NCBI GenBank assembly: GCA_013265495.1
Contig: MU058716.1
Span: 130,264-194,263 of the forward strand
Reading direction: 5' to 3'
From: Vicugna vicugna
Taxonomy: Eukaryota
Length of the DNA stretch: 64,000 nt
The notes under the pieces: generated by a model
Databases searched by the model: none
Told to the model about the DNA's origin: nothing
The model's input: only the letters and a program-made list of their open reading frames with translations
Shown here: positions 13,485-25,590 of the stretch, piece by piece
Numbering within the stretch: position 1 is the first letter of the stretch
How the letters are laid out: each line of letters opens with the position of its first letter
Translations under genes and position numbers: made by a program

Positions 13485-14212
13485 ATCATTTGCATGATAG
13501 GAGTCCCAGAATAGAAGAGGGAGGAAGGGGTTGAAAATGTATTTGATGAAATTATGGCTGAAAAAATCTTCTAAAACTGAAGAAGGAAACAGATATCCAG
13601 GTACAGGAAATACCGAGAGTCTCAAAAGAGATGAATCCAAAGATACCTACACAAATATATACCACAATTAAAATGGCAAAAGTTAGAGAACTCTAAAGGC
13701 AGCAAGAGAAAAATAGTCACATACAATGGAACCCGTATAAAGCTATCAATGATTTTTCTGCAGAAAATTTGCAGACCAGATGGGAGTTGCATGACATATT
13801 TAAACTGCTGAAAGGGAAAAACCTACAACCGAGGATACTCTATCCAGCAAGGTTGTAATTCAGAATTGAAGGAGAGATAAAGAACTTCTCAGACAGGAAA
13901 AACAAAAAGATTTAATCAATACTAAACTGATCCTAAGTGTTAAGAGTCTTCTTTAAGTGGAAAAGATAATAACAAGAAGTAAGAATCTATGGGAAAGGGA
14001 AAATCCCACTATGAAAGGCAAATATAGAATAAAGGCTGTGGATTAACCACTTAAATGAGACAGTATGAAGATTAAAAGACAAAAATTATAAAATCAACTA
14101 TAATTGAGATAAGCAGTAAAGGGAGTAACATGAAGATATAAATATGACATCAACAAAACAAAGCATGGGGGAGGGACCTAAAAAATGTAGATCTTTTAGA
14201 ATGTGTTTGAAT
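13485..14212 (+). mobile_element. LINE-1 ORF1 C-terminal and inter-ORF fragment
   Basis: Recognisable ORF1 text (ataggagtcccagaa..., aacctacaaccgaggatactctatccagcaagg). Confidence 0.85.
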
Positions 14213-17200
14213 TTCTAAACCTCAATTTCAAGAAACCCACATGGCCATTTCCTTATTTCAGTAGCAGTGTGCTTGGGTAAAGAAACTTCTTCAAATCAAA
14301 TGATTTAAGTGGGTTCACCCCTAAACATTTTTTTCATTTCTTGAATGTAACAGTGCAACACAGATCCCACACCCAGAGGGTTCCCCCCAAGTTCTTCACT
14401 AAGCGTGACCTTGAATACCAGATCCCGAATCAAACATCCATTCTTTTCACCAATCTTACCACTGCAGCTGAACTAAACCCGGCCTCTGTGCAGACTATCC
14501 CCTCGCAGGGGGCGGCCCCAGCTCACCCAGCGACACACCCTCCTCCCTCTCATTTCACAACGTTGTCCACAGCCTCCTGGTCTCACACTAGAAGTCCTCA
14601 GGACCTCTCCCCAGCGGACAAACCCCGCCACCTGGGAAAACCACACCACACTTGCCATCCAGCCCAAAGCATTCTCCAGGAGGCAGAAACCCAAACAGCA
14701 GAGGATGTGGGCCTCGCCCTGGGGCCTCCCTGTCTCCCCCCAGCCCCCATTCATGTCCTCTGCTTCCCACAGCTGCACCAGGCCACCTCCCCAGCATGTC
14801 CCTCCTGTGCTGACCAGCCCGGTTCTCAGACCCACAGCCCAGCACCAGCCCCAACCTGCACTGGAGAGCCGTATGCAGAGCAAAACACGCTCCCGCCTCC
14901 TTCAGTTAAGACCACTCGGTTAAGAAACTCACACTTCTGAAAACCAGCTTTGTTATGCTCCTTCCAGACTTCCTACAAGATGTCAGAACCAGAAAATCTG
15001 ACGTTAGATTTATTTTAAGAAAAGTAAGAGGCAAATATGCCAACATTAAAGTGAACGAGCCCTGTGAACCTCTTGGGTAACGTCAGCTCCAGTCTCGGAA
15101 GACAGAGGCAGTCAGTCTCCAGAGCTGTGGAACCTGTTCAGCAGTGCCCTTCAAGCAGAGAAGGAGCAAGAGCCACGCAGTGAAGTAACAGCACCTCACT
15201 TACACACGGCTTGAGGGGGACGGCCGTGGAAAAATAAGATTATCTTATTGCACTCTAAGATGAAAGAACTGCTTGATGCATTTGTGACTGATGGCCTCTC
15301 ATCCTGGACTTCAGCAGGACACGCAGGGAGCCCTAAAACCTGGACTGGGAAGCAGCTATCCAAGTCCAGATCCACATCTAAAAGCCAGAGATTGTTCAAA
15401 GGACAATCACGATTACATATCCTGAAACAGTTATAATCAATGAGTGTCCTGAGAGAGTCACAGGTTCACGACTGGACAGAATTCGAAATGGGAAGTGAAC
15501 CCTTATCCTGAGGTGAAGGACAGACCTCCTAACCTAGCCACCCATGCACTGACTCCCCTGATTACGCAACACTTGGAGAGGGAGACAAGAGTTTACCAAA
15601 TACAATCAAAATATCTTCGATCGCTTCCCCTTTGCACCAGGAGCAGAAGCGCCCACGCACAGGGAAGAACGCAGTCCTGCAGCATCCCCAGTACCACCCT
15701 CTGGCTGCAGCCATGTGGCATGTGAGCTCCCACTCAGAGTATGTCCTTGTCACCCCTCAGAGCACGAGGTCTATATCAGAGGCATCCACAATCAAGTGAC
15801 TTGCATTTTGCCACCCAACTAACATTCTGCAAATCTCACACAGCAAACTGGCAAGTGTGATTGCAGTTGCTAACAATTCTCTCCAGTGTACTCCAGCTGT
15901 GGCTCAGCACCAGGAGGAGCTGGCACATCTACAGAGGCTGGTCCGTCTCCACTGAGCACGGCACCCACATCCACCAAACCCACAGGAGCCCCACCTGCGC
16001 ATCCCAAGCAGCAGACCAAGACCACAGAATAATGACCCAGGAATTAAAATCACACATCCGAGCTAATGTGTCTATTGAGTAATGAAATCTGGCTGAAATA
16101 TTTATCAAAGCAGTATAACCACAGGAGACCACACTTAGCCCAGAGATGTCACCACTGCCCGAATATTTCAGAACTCCCTTTTCAGAATTGCCTTTGGGTC
16201 CAATTTTTGAGCCATATGAAAAAACAAATCAAAAACAAAACAGAAGTTCCTTTACAAAGTCAAAACTAACGTACAGAATGTCACTCTTCTGACAAAGGAG
16301 GAAAATAGAGGATTTCAAGATTTTCTGCTCCAGTCCGAGTGCAGCCTGCCCAGCAAGGTTTGGAACTGATGTCTCTGCGACCACGTCTCTTCTCAGAGTC
16401 ACCAAGAGACCTCCGGGCAGACCCTGCCGATGCAGGAATCCGCCGGCCTGTCTGCCACCAGACTGAGCACACCCGACTTGAGCTTCAGCACTGCCCTTCT
16501 CCCAGCACAAAAAGGCCCGGGAGCCCCGCAGAACAGCCTCAGCGGCACGAGGGCCAGGAAGGGGAGCAGAGTGGGGTCTCCTCTGGGTCAGCACAGCTGT
16601 GGACCCAGCCAGGCAGACCCTTCCTTGAATGAACCGGGCACAAACCGCCCCAAAGAACTCACTCAGGGCCGCCCGAGCTCCCCTTTCAGCGCATCAATTC
16701 CCCTTTACTTAAAGCATATTTTAATACCAGAAAGTGCAAGTATGCATGCCTCAAAACCTTATTCTTTGAAGAATTTCTTTAAAAACTCCCTGGCCCCGGC
16801 TCTCCGTCAGGGCCCACGCTGACCTGCCTGGAGTCGGGGATGCGGTCTCAAGTTCTCACCCGATTGCTCACTGCATGGCATCACAGTGAGGCTCTGGAAA
16901 GATGCAACCCAGAGGGCAATACATGCTAGAAAGAGGATTATTACTATTGCAAAATCAACTGCCAGCAAGCTTCCATTCAAAGATCGCACGTATACTTGGC
17001 ATGTATAACCCCACCCCGCCCAGCGCCTGAATCCCAGCTGCCCTTCCTTCCAGCCAGCCTGAAACACCTGCCGCGTCTGCGGGACAGCCCTCAGGCTCCG
17101 GCCCGCTGGCTCTGCGGGTTCAGGCCTGGACTGCACACCTCACCCGAGAAAATCCACACCAGTGCTACGTTCACAGTGACAGGCGTACACCTGGTCCTTC

Positions 17201-18084
17201 CTGGGTTAATAAGAATTTCAGTCTCCTTTTAGGTCCCGCAGGCCAGATATTATGGCAGTACTTTTAAGCACCTTTTTCAAGCAAGAGGAGAGAGGGGCTC
17301 AGGAGGACAGAGGGCCCCACATCCTCCCAACTGTTGGGCTCCTGATCTCTGACCTCCACCCACTCCAGAGCCGGGGCACCTTCTGTGAACCCCCCAGAAG
17401 AGCCATCCTTTGTTCCTCAGGAAAGGCAGGACAGAGGAAATGGCCTCCCACCCAAGACCCCCAGCACCAAACTCAACACTTCAAGGTAACCCAGAAGGCT
17501 GCGGGGAGACAGCTCTCCCTCCTTCCAGCCACAAGCTTGGAATGATGCTGAAATGACACTGAAAGCCCGACAGGGCCCGCATCAACTGCTGTTGTCCCGA
17601 CTTACCAGGCGCCGAGATGCTGAGTCATAAGTGGATTTGTACCTGGAAGCACCAGACAGGCCTGACAGCGTCAACAGCCGCTCGTGAAAAACACCAAACG
17701 CTGCTTCCTTAAAGTGAGCCCAACGCGACAAGCTTGGAGCTGAACCTCAGACCCCACGTGATTACACAGGATTTCGGGGCTGCTCACACAGCTCGCCTCT
17801 CACCACGTTTTCCTGGCTACAAATGGGTTTCCTCTGTGTGTTGTTAGTTTCATCTGGCCAGAAATGTGAAAGCAATTCATCCCCTTAAGATGACAGAGAC
17901 AATCAGCTTTGTTGAAGCGGGTGAGAAAATCTACTATTCCACAAAATTATTTAATCTTTGCTCCTCTCAGAAAGGAGCCAAAAAGTAAAACTCCGAACCA
18001 CCAAGCACAGTGAGCCAGAAGCACGCAGGCAGTGAGCGGACCTCCGAATGCAGACCACTCCCTCCCTAAGGAGCAGCTGAGGAC

Positions 18085-18290
18085 AGGCGGGGCCCCAGCT
18101 CCGCCACCAGCCAGCCATGGAGCTTGAGCGAATTTCTTAACCTCCAGGGCTCAACCTCCTCTCCTGTAAAATGGGAGAGAGCTGAAGACTCACCACCCAG
18201 GCCCAGGATCTGCACAACCTGGGCAACTGCCCCAGATCCAGCACCCTCATCGGTGAAGTGAGGGCATGGCAGCAGGGACTCTCCATGAGA
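18085..18290 (+). mobile_element. MIR fragment(s)
   Basis: ccccagctccgccacc...ttcttaacctc...ctgtaaaatggg. Confidence 0.55.
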
Positions 18291-19104
18291 GGAAATTGGA
18301 CAAGCGAGTGCAGCGGGGCTCAGAGCCCTGACGGGCACCCAGAGGACCGCTGTCTCGGGAAGGCTTCACCCCCGGCCCTCCACCACCGAGCAGACAGCCC
18401 GCGCTCAGTCCAGCAGCTTAACGGATGCAGCGCAGCTAATAAATCTTCACCTGGAACCAAAGCCCACAGGGACAGTTTTGCCCACCAGGCTGGGAAGGAT
18501 AAAGGGGGCCGAGAAAAGGCGGCGGCAGAGAGGAACACCCACAGGCTGCAGACCCTCCCAGTAGGCACTCAGGTCTGAAGCAATCCCTTGTCCCCCGCCT
18601 TCAGCAGAGGGCTCTCCCAGCCCCCTCCATGCCCAGGACGAGCCCCTCAGGCCTCCAGCTCCTCTGGCAACAGGAGGGTCAGACTCCACTGCTGAGCATC
18701 CCAGGACACATCACGTGGAGTCCGAGCAAACCACCACGAGGGGCTACGTCCACGCTCGCATCTGTTTATCGAGTACTTTTTAGCTCAGTTAGCATTTCAG
18801 TCTAATTTTGATCCTTAGAGACGTGAAACTAAAGCCATTTATCGGAAGATCACACTCCTGAACAGATTTCCACCAGCCACGGTTTCCTTTCAGTTTGGGT
18901 CTGTGTGGGTTTTCTTGTTTCATTTTCAGGACATCAACCTATCTGCTTACCTCCCAGGTTAAAACGGAAACAAGCTGAAAGTTTCACATCCAGTCGGCTG
19001 TCACTGCCCCCAGCCTCATTCTCTCCCTCCAGCCTCCAGTGTCCTCACTCAGCAAACACACACGCAGATGCTCAGGTGCTGACCTCCTTCAGTGGCCGGC
19101 TTCG

Positions 19105-19800
19105 CTCACTTGTTCAACAAATATATACAGAGTGTCTTCGAGGTATCGGGCACTGCTCTTGGCAGTTGGCACAATGAGCCAAATAAGAACGTTCTACTGG
19201 AACTGACATGCCAGAGCAGCTGAAAGAGGTACCACACGTGCACACACGCACAATGCACCAGAGGTGACAGGCCACAAAGAAACAGCAGTGCAGGGAACGT
19301 CCATCAGGGCGACAAGAGGGATGTGAAGTGGGTGACTGGGAAGGCCACACTGAAGAAGTGGGACTTGGAACCCAGCATGAAGGTGAGGGAGTCAGCCAAG
19401 AGGATACCAGAGGGGAGCATTCCAGGCAGAGAACAGAGCAAAGGTCCTGCAGTGAGAGCATGCCTGGTGTGTCCAGTGTGGCTGGAAGAGCTCGTGAGTG
19501 CGTGGGAGGGCAGGCAGGTCACAGGGCCCAGGGTCCCCCAGAAGAGCTCCGCTGTCTAGCGCACTGTGAGGCTTTTACTCCACGTGAAGTAAGGAGTGGC
19601 TGCGGCTTCAGAGCTCTGAAAGGACCCCAGGCCAGCGGCTGTGCAGAGAAGACCGTGGGGAAGGGGAGAGCGCACAAGCCAGGCAGGCTGCTCAGACATT
19701 AGCAGCAGCAGAGGCTTCAGAAGGGGGCTGACGGATCTCCTAGCAGACTGGACACGGGATGAGGGCGACGCTGGGTGTCAGGATGACCACTGATCCTTGG
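19105..19800 (-). mobile_element. L2 3' fragment
   Basis: tcacttgttcaacaaata tail followed by a purine-rich L2 body (cattccaggcagagaacagagcaaaggtcctg). Confidence 0.7.
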
Positions 19801-20169
19801 ATGAAGTGACTCTCAATTATTTTGGATTTGAGTTTCTCAACCTAAACTGACACTGTGGTACAGACGGTATAATTACCCTGATTTAACTGGTCTCACCAAA
19901 TTTTAAATTCTCTTTAGCCAGTTCCTCTTCTCCTTCCACAAAAAATAACCTCATCAGGCAAGTCCAGTGTGTTGCAGGTGGACGAAGCCCTTCCCAGAGA
20001 AACCACACACGTGACCTACCCCAGACGGCACCCCAGACTAGTTGATGTTTGATGGCTGGTCAAGCAACAATGGGAGGTTTCCATGTGTCATTTACTGGCT
20101 CACTGACTTCGGGCAAGCCACTTCTCTCTGCCTCACTCCCTGTCCTAAACTCTTGGCCCTTCTCCTAAG

Positions 20170-20456
20170 GAGCAGCTGGGGAGAAATATACCGAGGGAAG
20201 GGGGACCTGGAGGGAGAACTCCATCATCAACCTTTCTAGCATTTCGGCCTTAGAAAGTAATCTAACTGTTGGATCTGCCAGCCCCACCCACAAGAGGGGG
20301 TTCCTCAGCTCGTTTGTGCCTGTGGATGAGGACATTAACCTCACCCTGACCTCTGAGCCTGTGAGGAGCACGCCGCTTCTCACAGTGGACCTGGAGGGTC
20401 ATGACCATATACGGTGTGTAGAGCTCTCGGATCCCTGGAACCACACCGGCCTCCAG
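20170..20456 (+). CDS. Candidate orphan exon, 95 codons with four N-glycosylation sequons
   Basis: Pyrimidine tract plus TAAG acceptor, CAG|GTGAAG donor, stop-free frame with NLS, NLT, NLT and NHT. Confidence 0.25.
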
Positions 20457-21154
20457 GTGAAGCGGCCCCTTCCCTGCATGCAGTGTGGCATCTCTGTCTC
20501 CAGGAATCATCTAAGACTGGTAGGGCCCAGGAGGTAGACACTGAAGTGGGATTTCTGAGCTAGATCCCCTCCAGCAACCGACCTGCCGGACCTGTGCTCC
20601 TGCTTCTGAGAAGCTGTGGGCTTTGGAGCATCTGCCCTGAAAAGCCTTACTTTCTCCTTAACATTTAGGGATGTTCGGCTCCACACGGGCAACCGTGTGT
20701 CCCACATCAGTGACACGACGCCTCTGTCTGTCTTCAGACCTGCGCTGCAGCCCGCTCAGGCACACACCTAGAGTCCTCTGGCACTGTCCTTGTGATGCCC
20801 TCTTCCCAGGGCCCTGAGCTCCGGCTGCACAACCACACAGGAGAGACACAGGAGGAACATCTCCAAGGAGGTTACTTAAGCACAAAAATTGCAAACCTAA
20901 GTTTAGTAAGGGATAATAGAAATGACTCAGAGATCCACAACCAGAACTGCTGTAGAAACCCTCAGCTGGCTTCTCCACTTAACTTTCCCCTTTGTCAAGA
21001 AAATAAACAGGTTTATACAGAATAGGCCCAGATTGTTCCTTCATGCTTATCTTCATTGCCAGGTATCTTCAGTCTGCTAACAATCCCAATGTATTCCTAA
21101 TCCTCCCAGTGTGAAGGCTTGCTGTGAACAGCTCCCAAGCCTGTCACCAGCACT

Positions 21155-21640
21155 TTATTTTTTTAATTGAAGTACAATCAGTTTACAGTGTTTCAATTTC
21201 TGGTGTACAGTGTAATAGTTCACTCATACATGTATATATTTCTTTTCATATTTTTTTCATTGTAGGTTACAAGATATTGAATATAGTTCCCTGTGCTTTA
21301 CAGAAGAACTTACTGTTTATCTATTTTTATATACAGTAGTTAGTATCTGCAAATATCCACCTCTCAATTTATCCCTTCCCACCCTCTTTCCCCTCTGGTA
21401 ACCATAAGTTTGCTTTCTATGTCTGTGAGTCTGTTTCTCGTTTGTAAATAAGGTCATTTGTGTCTTTTTCTAATTTGCATATGAATGAAATCATGTGGTA
21501 TTTTTCTTTTTCCTTCTGGCTTACTTCACTTAGAATGACAGTCTCCAGGTCCATCCATGTTGCTGCAGATGGCATTGCTCTTTTTCATGGCTGAGTAGTA
21601 TTCCCTTGTATAAATATACCACAGCTTCTTTATCCATCAT
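21155..21640 (-). mobile_element. LINE-1 3' end
   Basis: Antisense L1 3' UTR (ctggcttacttcacttagaatgaca...tccatccatgttgctgca). Confidence 0.9.
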
Positions 21641-22860
21641 CAACATTCTTAAAAGCAGAGATACGAGGCTTCTCTCACAGCCACTTTAACTAAAATACAT
21701 TTTGAATGATTTGTTTACACAAGTCACTGTCCCCCAACTCACTGCCCATGAAGACATAATACATTTACTAGAAACAAAAGCTTTCTAGGCTGAAGATGTT
21801 CAGCACTGGAAAATGACAGGACCAAGGCTCACCTGGTGGCAAAAAGTTCCAGAGCAGGTGGTTCCAGTCCCAGCTCAGCTCCTGGTGTCCCTGTGCCCAG
21901 GGGGCTCGGGCTCACTGCCCAGCTTCCTCACCGTGAACCTGGAGTGACAGCACACCTGACGTGACCCAGGAGCCAGGGCACGGGGCCAACAGAGTGATGG
22001 CGCACCTTCCCAGGTCAAGGTGCACAGGGGAGCCTCATGGTCACGATGTCCCCACACTCCCTCCAGTGACCCTCTGCCGATTTAACTGTCAGTTTCTTGT
22101 TTATTCTCAGTTCTGGTGCCTTCTGCTCAGATCACCTGGGGTCCCTAGCCTTGCGGTCTCCCTGGCTTCAGCCTCTGTTGGCCAAGCTTTCAGACAGATG
22201 TTTCTCCTGACTCCCAGACCCCCCAATCCCCAGCGGCCCCTGGCCAGGCTCCCAGCTCACCACCATGCCTCTCCCTGCCAGCCACACTTGGGGTGGGCGC
22301 AGTGGTCCTTGCCTGGGTGAGGGGCACGTCCCTTCGGCCGCCCCTGTGCCCCCAGGTGCAGTCCTCACACTGTAATAATGCCCCTTGTGTGTCATAGCTA
22401 GGTCATGCCCCTCCCAGGCCTGATGTCACCTCCTCACTCCGTCCAGGTTCCTAGCGCTCCGTCTGTAAGACCCACCTCCCCGACAAGTGGTGACAAACTG
22501 TTAGACCTGTCATTCTCCTGTGGTTTGGTTGTAAGTGAGTTAAGAAAGATGAGGCTGGGAAAGATGCCACTTCAGAAATCCTACAGGATTTCACCTCCAC
22601 CCTCAGGGTCCTATTTCACAGGTGTCTGAGTTTTCAGCTCCACACCTGTTCTCCCAGCTCTGTGGATTACCTCCTTCCTTAATAAACATTTCACAACCAC
22701 GTACTCACCAGTAGCTGAAAATATTATTTTGGCTGAGTATATGTCCTTAATACATCATGCTTCATATTTGGAAAGTCTCACGTGGTCTTACAATGAGGGG
22801 TCCAGGCCATGTACAGGAACTTCCTGGATAAAGGAAAACCTGAAAGATCAGCCCTTTGAA

Positions 22861-23190
22861 TCTAAAAACAAGACACAAAACTCATTTACAAAACAGAAAC
22901 AGACTCACAGACATAGAAAACAAACATAAGAAAACAAATCTTACCGAGATTTTCAGATACTAACTACTATACATAAAACAGATAAACAGCAAGGTCCTAC
23001 TGTGTATCACAGGGAACTGTAGTCAATATCTTGCAGTAACTTATAATGAAAAAAACACAAAAATGAATATATCCATGTACATGTATGACTAAAACACGAC
23101 GCTGTCCACCAGAAACTGACACAACATTGTAAACTGACTATACTTCAGTAAAGAATAAAATTTTTTTAAAAGGCACACACACATACACAC
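22861..23190 (+). mobile_element. 5'-truncated LINE-1 with target-site duplication
   Basis: AAAGAYCAGCCCTTTGAA at 22843-22860 and 23191-23208 (one mismatch) flanking L1 3' UTR. Confidence 0.9.
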
Positions 23191-23469
23191 AAAGACCAGC
23201 CCTTTGAAAAATGTCACTATTTTTGATGGAACTCTTAGTTTTGGAAATTATAATAAAATTGAACACTTCAGTACTACATAGTTATCAGTGGATGTTTTTC
23301 TAAAGCACACGCAGATGCCTGCCTCCTTACACAGTGGGAAGCAAACACAATTTCCCGTTTCCCTTCCGTCCCGGAGCACCGTGAGAGCACCCATGACTGA
23401 ACATTGCAATAACCCCGCACGAGCTTTGCGTCTTGGGGTTCTCGTCAGGCAGCGTTAGGTTCCCGGGTG

Positions 23470-24715
23470 ACTCCACGCTCTGTCACCTGCTCACCCGTCC
23501 CGAGTCACCGCTGCTCCCTGCCCCGGACCAGCACCCAGGCGTCCGGCTCCGGAGTCGGGAGCCGCTGTGCGGTGCTGCCACGGGCGCGCGATGGCACGGC
23601 CGCTGTGGAAACTAGCGCGGGGGCCCCGGGAGTGGAAAGAGCCGTCTGGCGCAGCAGCCCCACTTTCGGGCGGATACCCGGAAGAAGAGAAGGCAGGATC
23701 CGGGAGGCTTTTGTGAGCTCCTGTTCTCAGCCGTCCTACTCACAGCAGTCAAAAAGTGGGAGCAACCTGGGGGCCACTAACAGATAAACGAACCGTGGTG
23801 TGTACACACAGGGGAGTATCGTTCAGCCTTAAAAAGGCAGGATTTCCCCCAGAATCCCTACGTTGTCCTGGATGGAGTGGGTTTTCTTCCTCTGGGTCAC
23901 TCTCATCCCAGCCCTGACCTGTGAGTGTCATGACCCACCCGTACCCTGGGCCCTCAGCTCCGGGAGGGTCGGAAGAGGAGGGAAGGGCATTGAGGGACAG
24001 AGATAGGGTTGGGGGGAAGCTCAAGGGGCCCATCAGGAGGGCTTAGCCCTCAGCCTGGCTCGTGGGGCAGGACAGATCAGCGCACGTGTGCAATGAACAC
24101 CTTACAACGCTGTTTTATTGACGAGGGAGATGAGGATTGGAGGGGTGGCCATTTCCAAATGCCAAAAATGAGCGGAGAGAAAAAAAGGCACTGCTGTGAG
24201 TTCACCGTTCTCAGACTGATCCTTCCTGAGTTGGTGGGGGAGGGGTAGGTGGGGGAAGGTTAAAAAAAGGAAGGGGGACAGTACAGCTCAGCGGTAGCAT
24301 GCATGCTTAGCATGCACGCGGTCCTGGTTCAGTCCCATTACTGCCATTAAAATAATTTAAAAGTACATTATAATTTACCAAAGAAAGGAAGCAAGGAAAT
24401 TCTGACACGTGCTACAACATGAATGAGCCTTGAGGATTTATACCATGTGAAATAAGTCCATCACAAAAGGACAAAGACTATGATTCCGCAGATATGAGAA
24501 ATCATACTCAGAGCCAGGTTGGGGAGAGGGGCCAATGGGGAATTGGTGTTTAATGGGTAGAGTTTCAGTTTTGCAAGATGAAAAGAGTTCTGGAGATGAT
24601 TACACAACCAAGTGAATGTACTTACCACCACTCAAGTGTACACCTAAAAATGGCTAAAACGGTAAACTTCATGTCGTATGTATTTTACCACAGTTAAAAA
24701 TAATTTTTTTAAAAA
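23470..24715 (+). mobile_element. Old L1 3' region, interrupted at about 23842-24385; 5' part strongly GC/CpG-enriched
   Basis: L1 landmarks (gccgctgtggaaa, ttcagccttaaaaagg, gaaattctgacacgtgctacaacatg, gagttctggagatg, atgtattttaccaca). Confidence 0.75.
24273..24383 (+). mobile_element. tRNA-derived SINE (Vic-1-like)
   Basis: cagctcagcggtag...gcttagcatgcac head; AAAGGAAG repeated on both sides. Confidence 0.8.
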
Positions 24716-25056
24716 AGAGCTAGAAGCATTAATTCATTCAGTAAATACCTCTTTTGTGCCTATTGCGTATCAGGCCTGTTGACGCCAGGGCTGAGGTGCC
24801 TCTCAGAGCTGACGTTCCAGAGCACAGCACATAAACACACACGCCTTTGCAGCCCACCTAGTGAGGCGCCTGATTGTAGGCTTTCATAAAACAAGTGATT
24901 TACACAGAATGTCTGCACCTGACCCGTCTGAAGAATATATTTGAAATTTAAATATCTTAATTCTGAAAGAGCACAATGATTAAAAAATTTATCAGTAACA
25001 TCTTTTGGGTGTGTCTGTTTAGTTTTCCTTTCTGTTATATAGAGTAAAGAATGGGA

Positions 25057-25590
25057 TGTGAGAGACTGAATGTGCACACAGACAAAGGCCAGACCATCCA
25101 TAAAAATAGGGCTCGGACCCATAAGCTGCAGCCACCTGCCCAGGGGAGCAGCCCCGCCTAGTCACCAGCCCAGGAAGCAAGGCTGCCATCTCTAGCAACA
25201 AGCCAGGAGGCTAAACTAACTTCTGTAAAGTAACAACTGGCCCCAAACGGCCAGGACTTGATTAATAACTGACAGCCTTTCCTGATTTTTGTCCCTGCTT
25301 CCACCTTAGGACCAACCAGACAAAGCCAAAATGCACCCCAACCTGTCACGCTGGGTGCTGGACTCGGGTTGGTCCACCCCGGCCTGCCCTGCCACAGCCT
25401 CCGGTCGGGCGCACCTGGAAGCTTCCCTTTCTGCTCTGTTCAAAGCCTTCCCACTCCTCTGCCCACCTATGTGTCTCCACCAGGACACAGGTGACAGTGA
25501 CTGGCTCCCTGACTACAGCAAAGCAGAGGGAGGGCTCTGCTTTTCTCTCTTCATTGGTCTCTGTTTTCTCCCACTGGTGTTTACTGTGTC
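25057..25590 (+). mobile_element. Probable ERV1-type solo LTR
   Basis: LTR-like motifs (ggccaggacttgattaataactgacag, cttaggaccaacc); family not assignable by eye. Confidence 0.5.

Noticed and set aside
14341..14940. 199-aa ORF, the longest in the track
   Set aside because: TTG start, Pro/Ala/Thr-rich composition typical of C-rich non-coding DNA, no recognisable domain
20165..20510. Minus-strand ORFs opposite the candidate exon, and the SDR-like motif SIINLSS on the plus strand
   Set aside because: No convincing flanking splice sites on the minus strand; the other SDR motifs (TGxxxGxG, YxxxK) are absent
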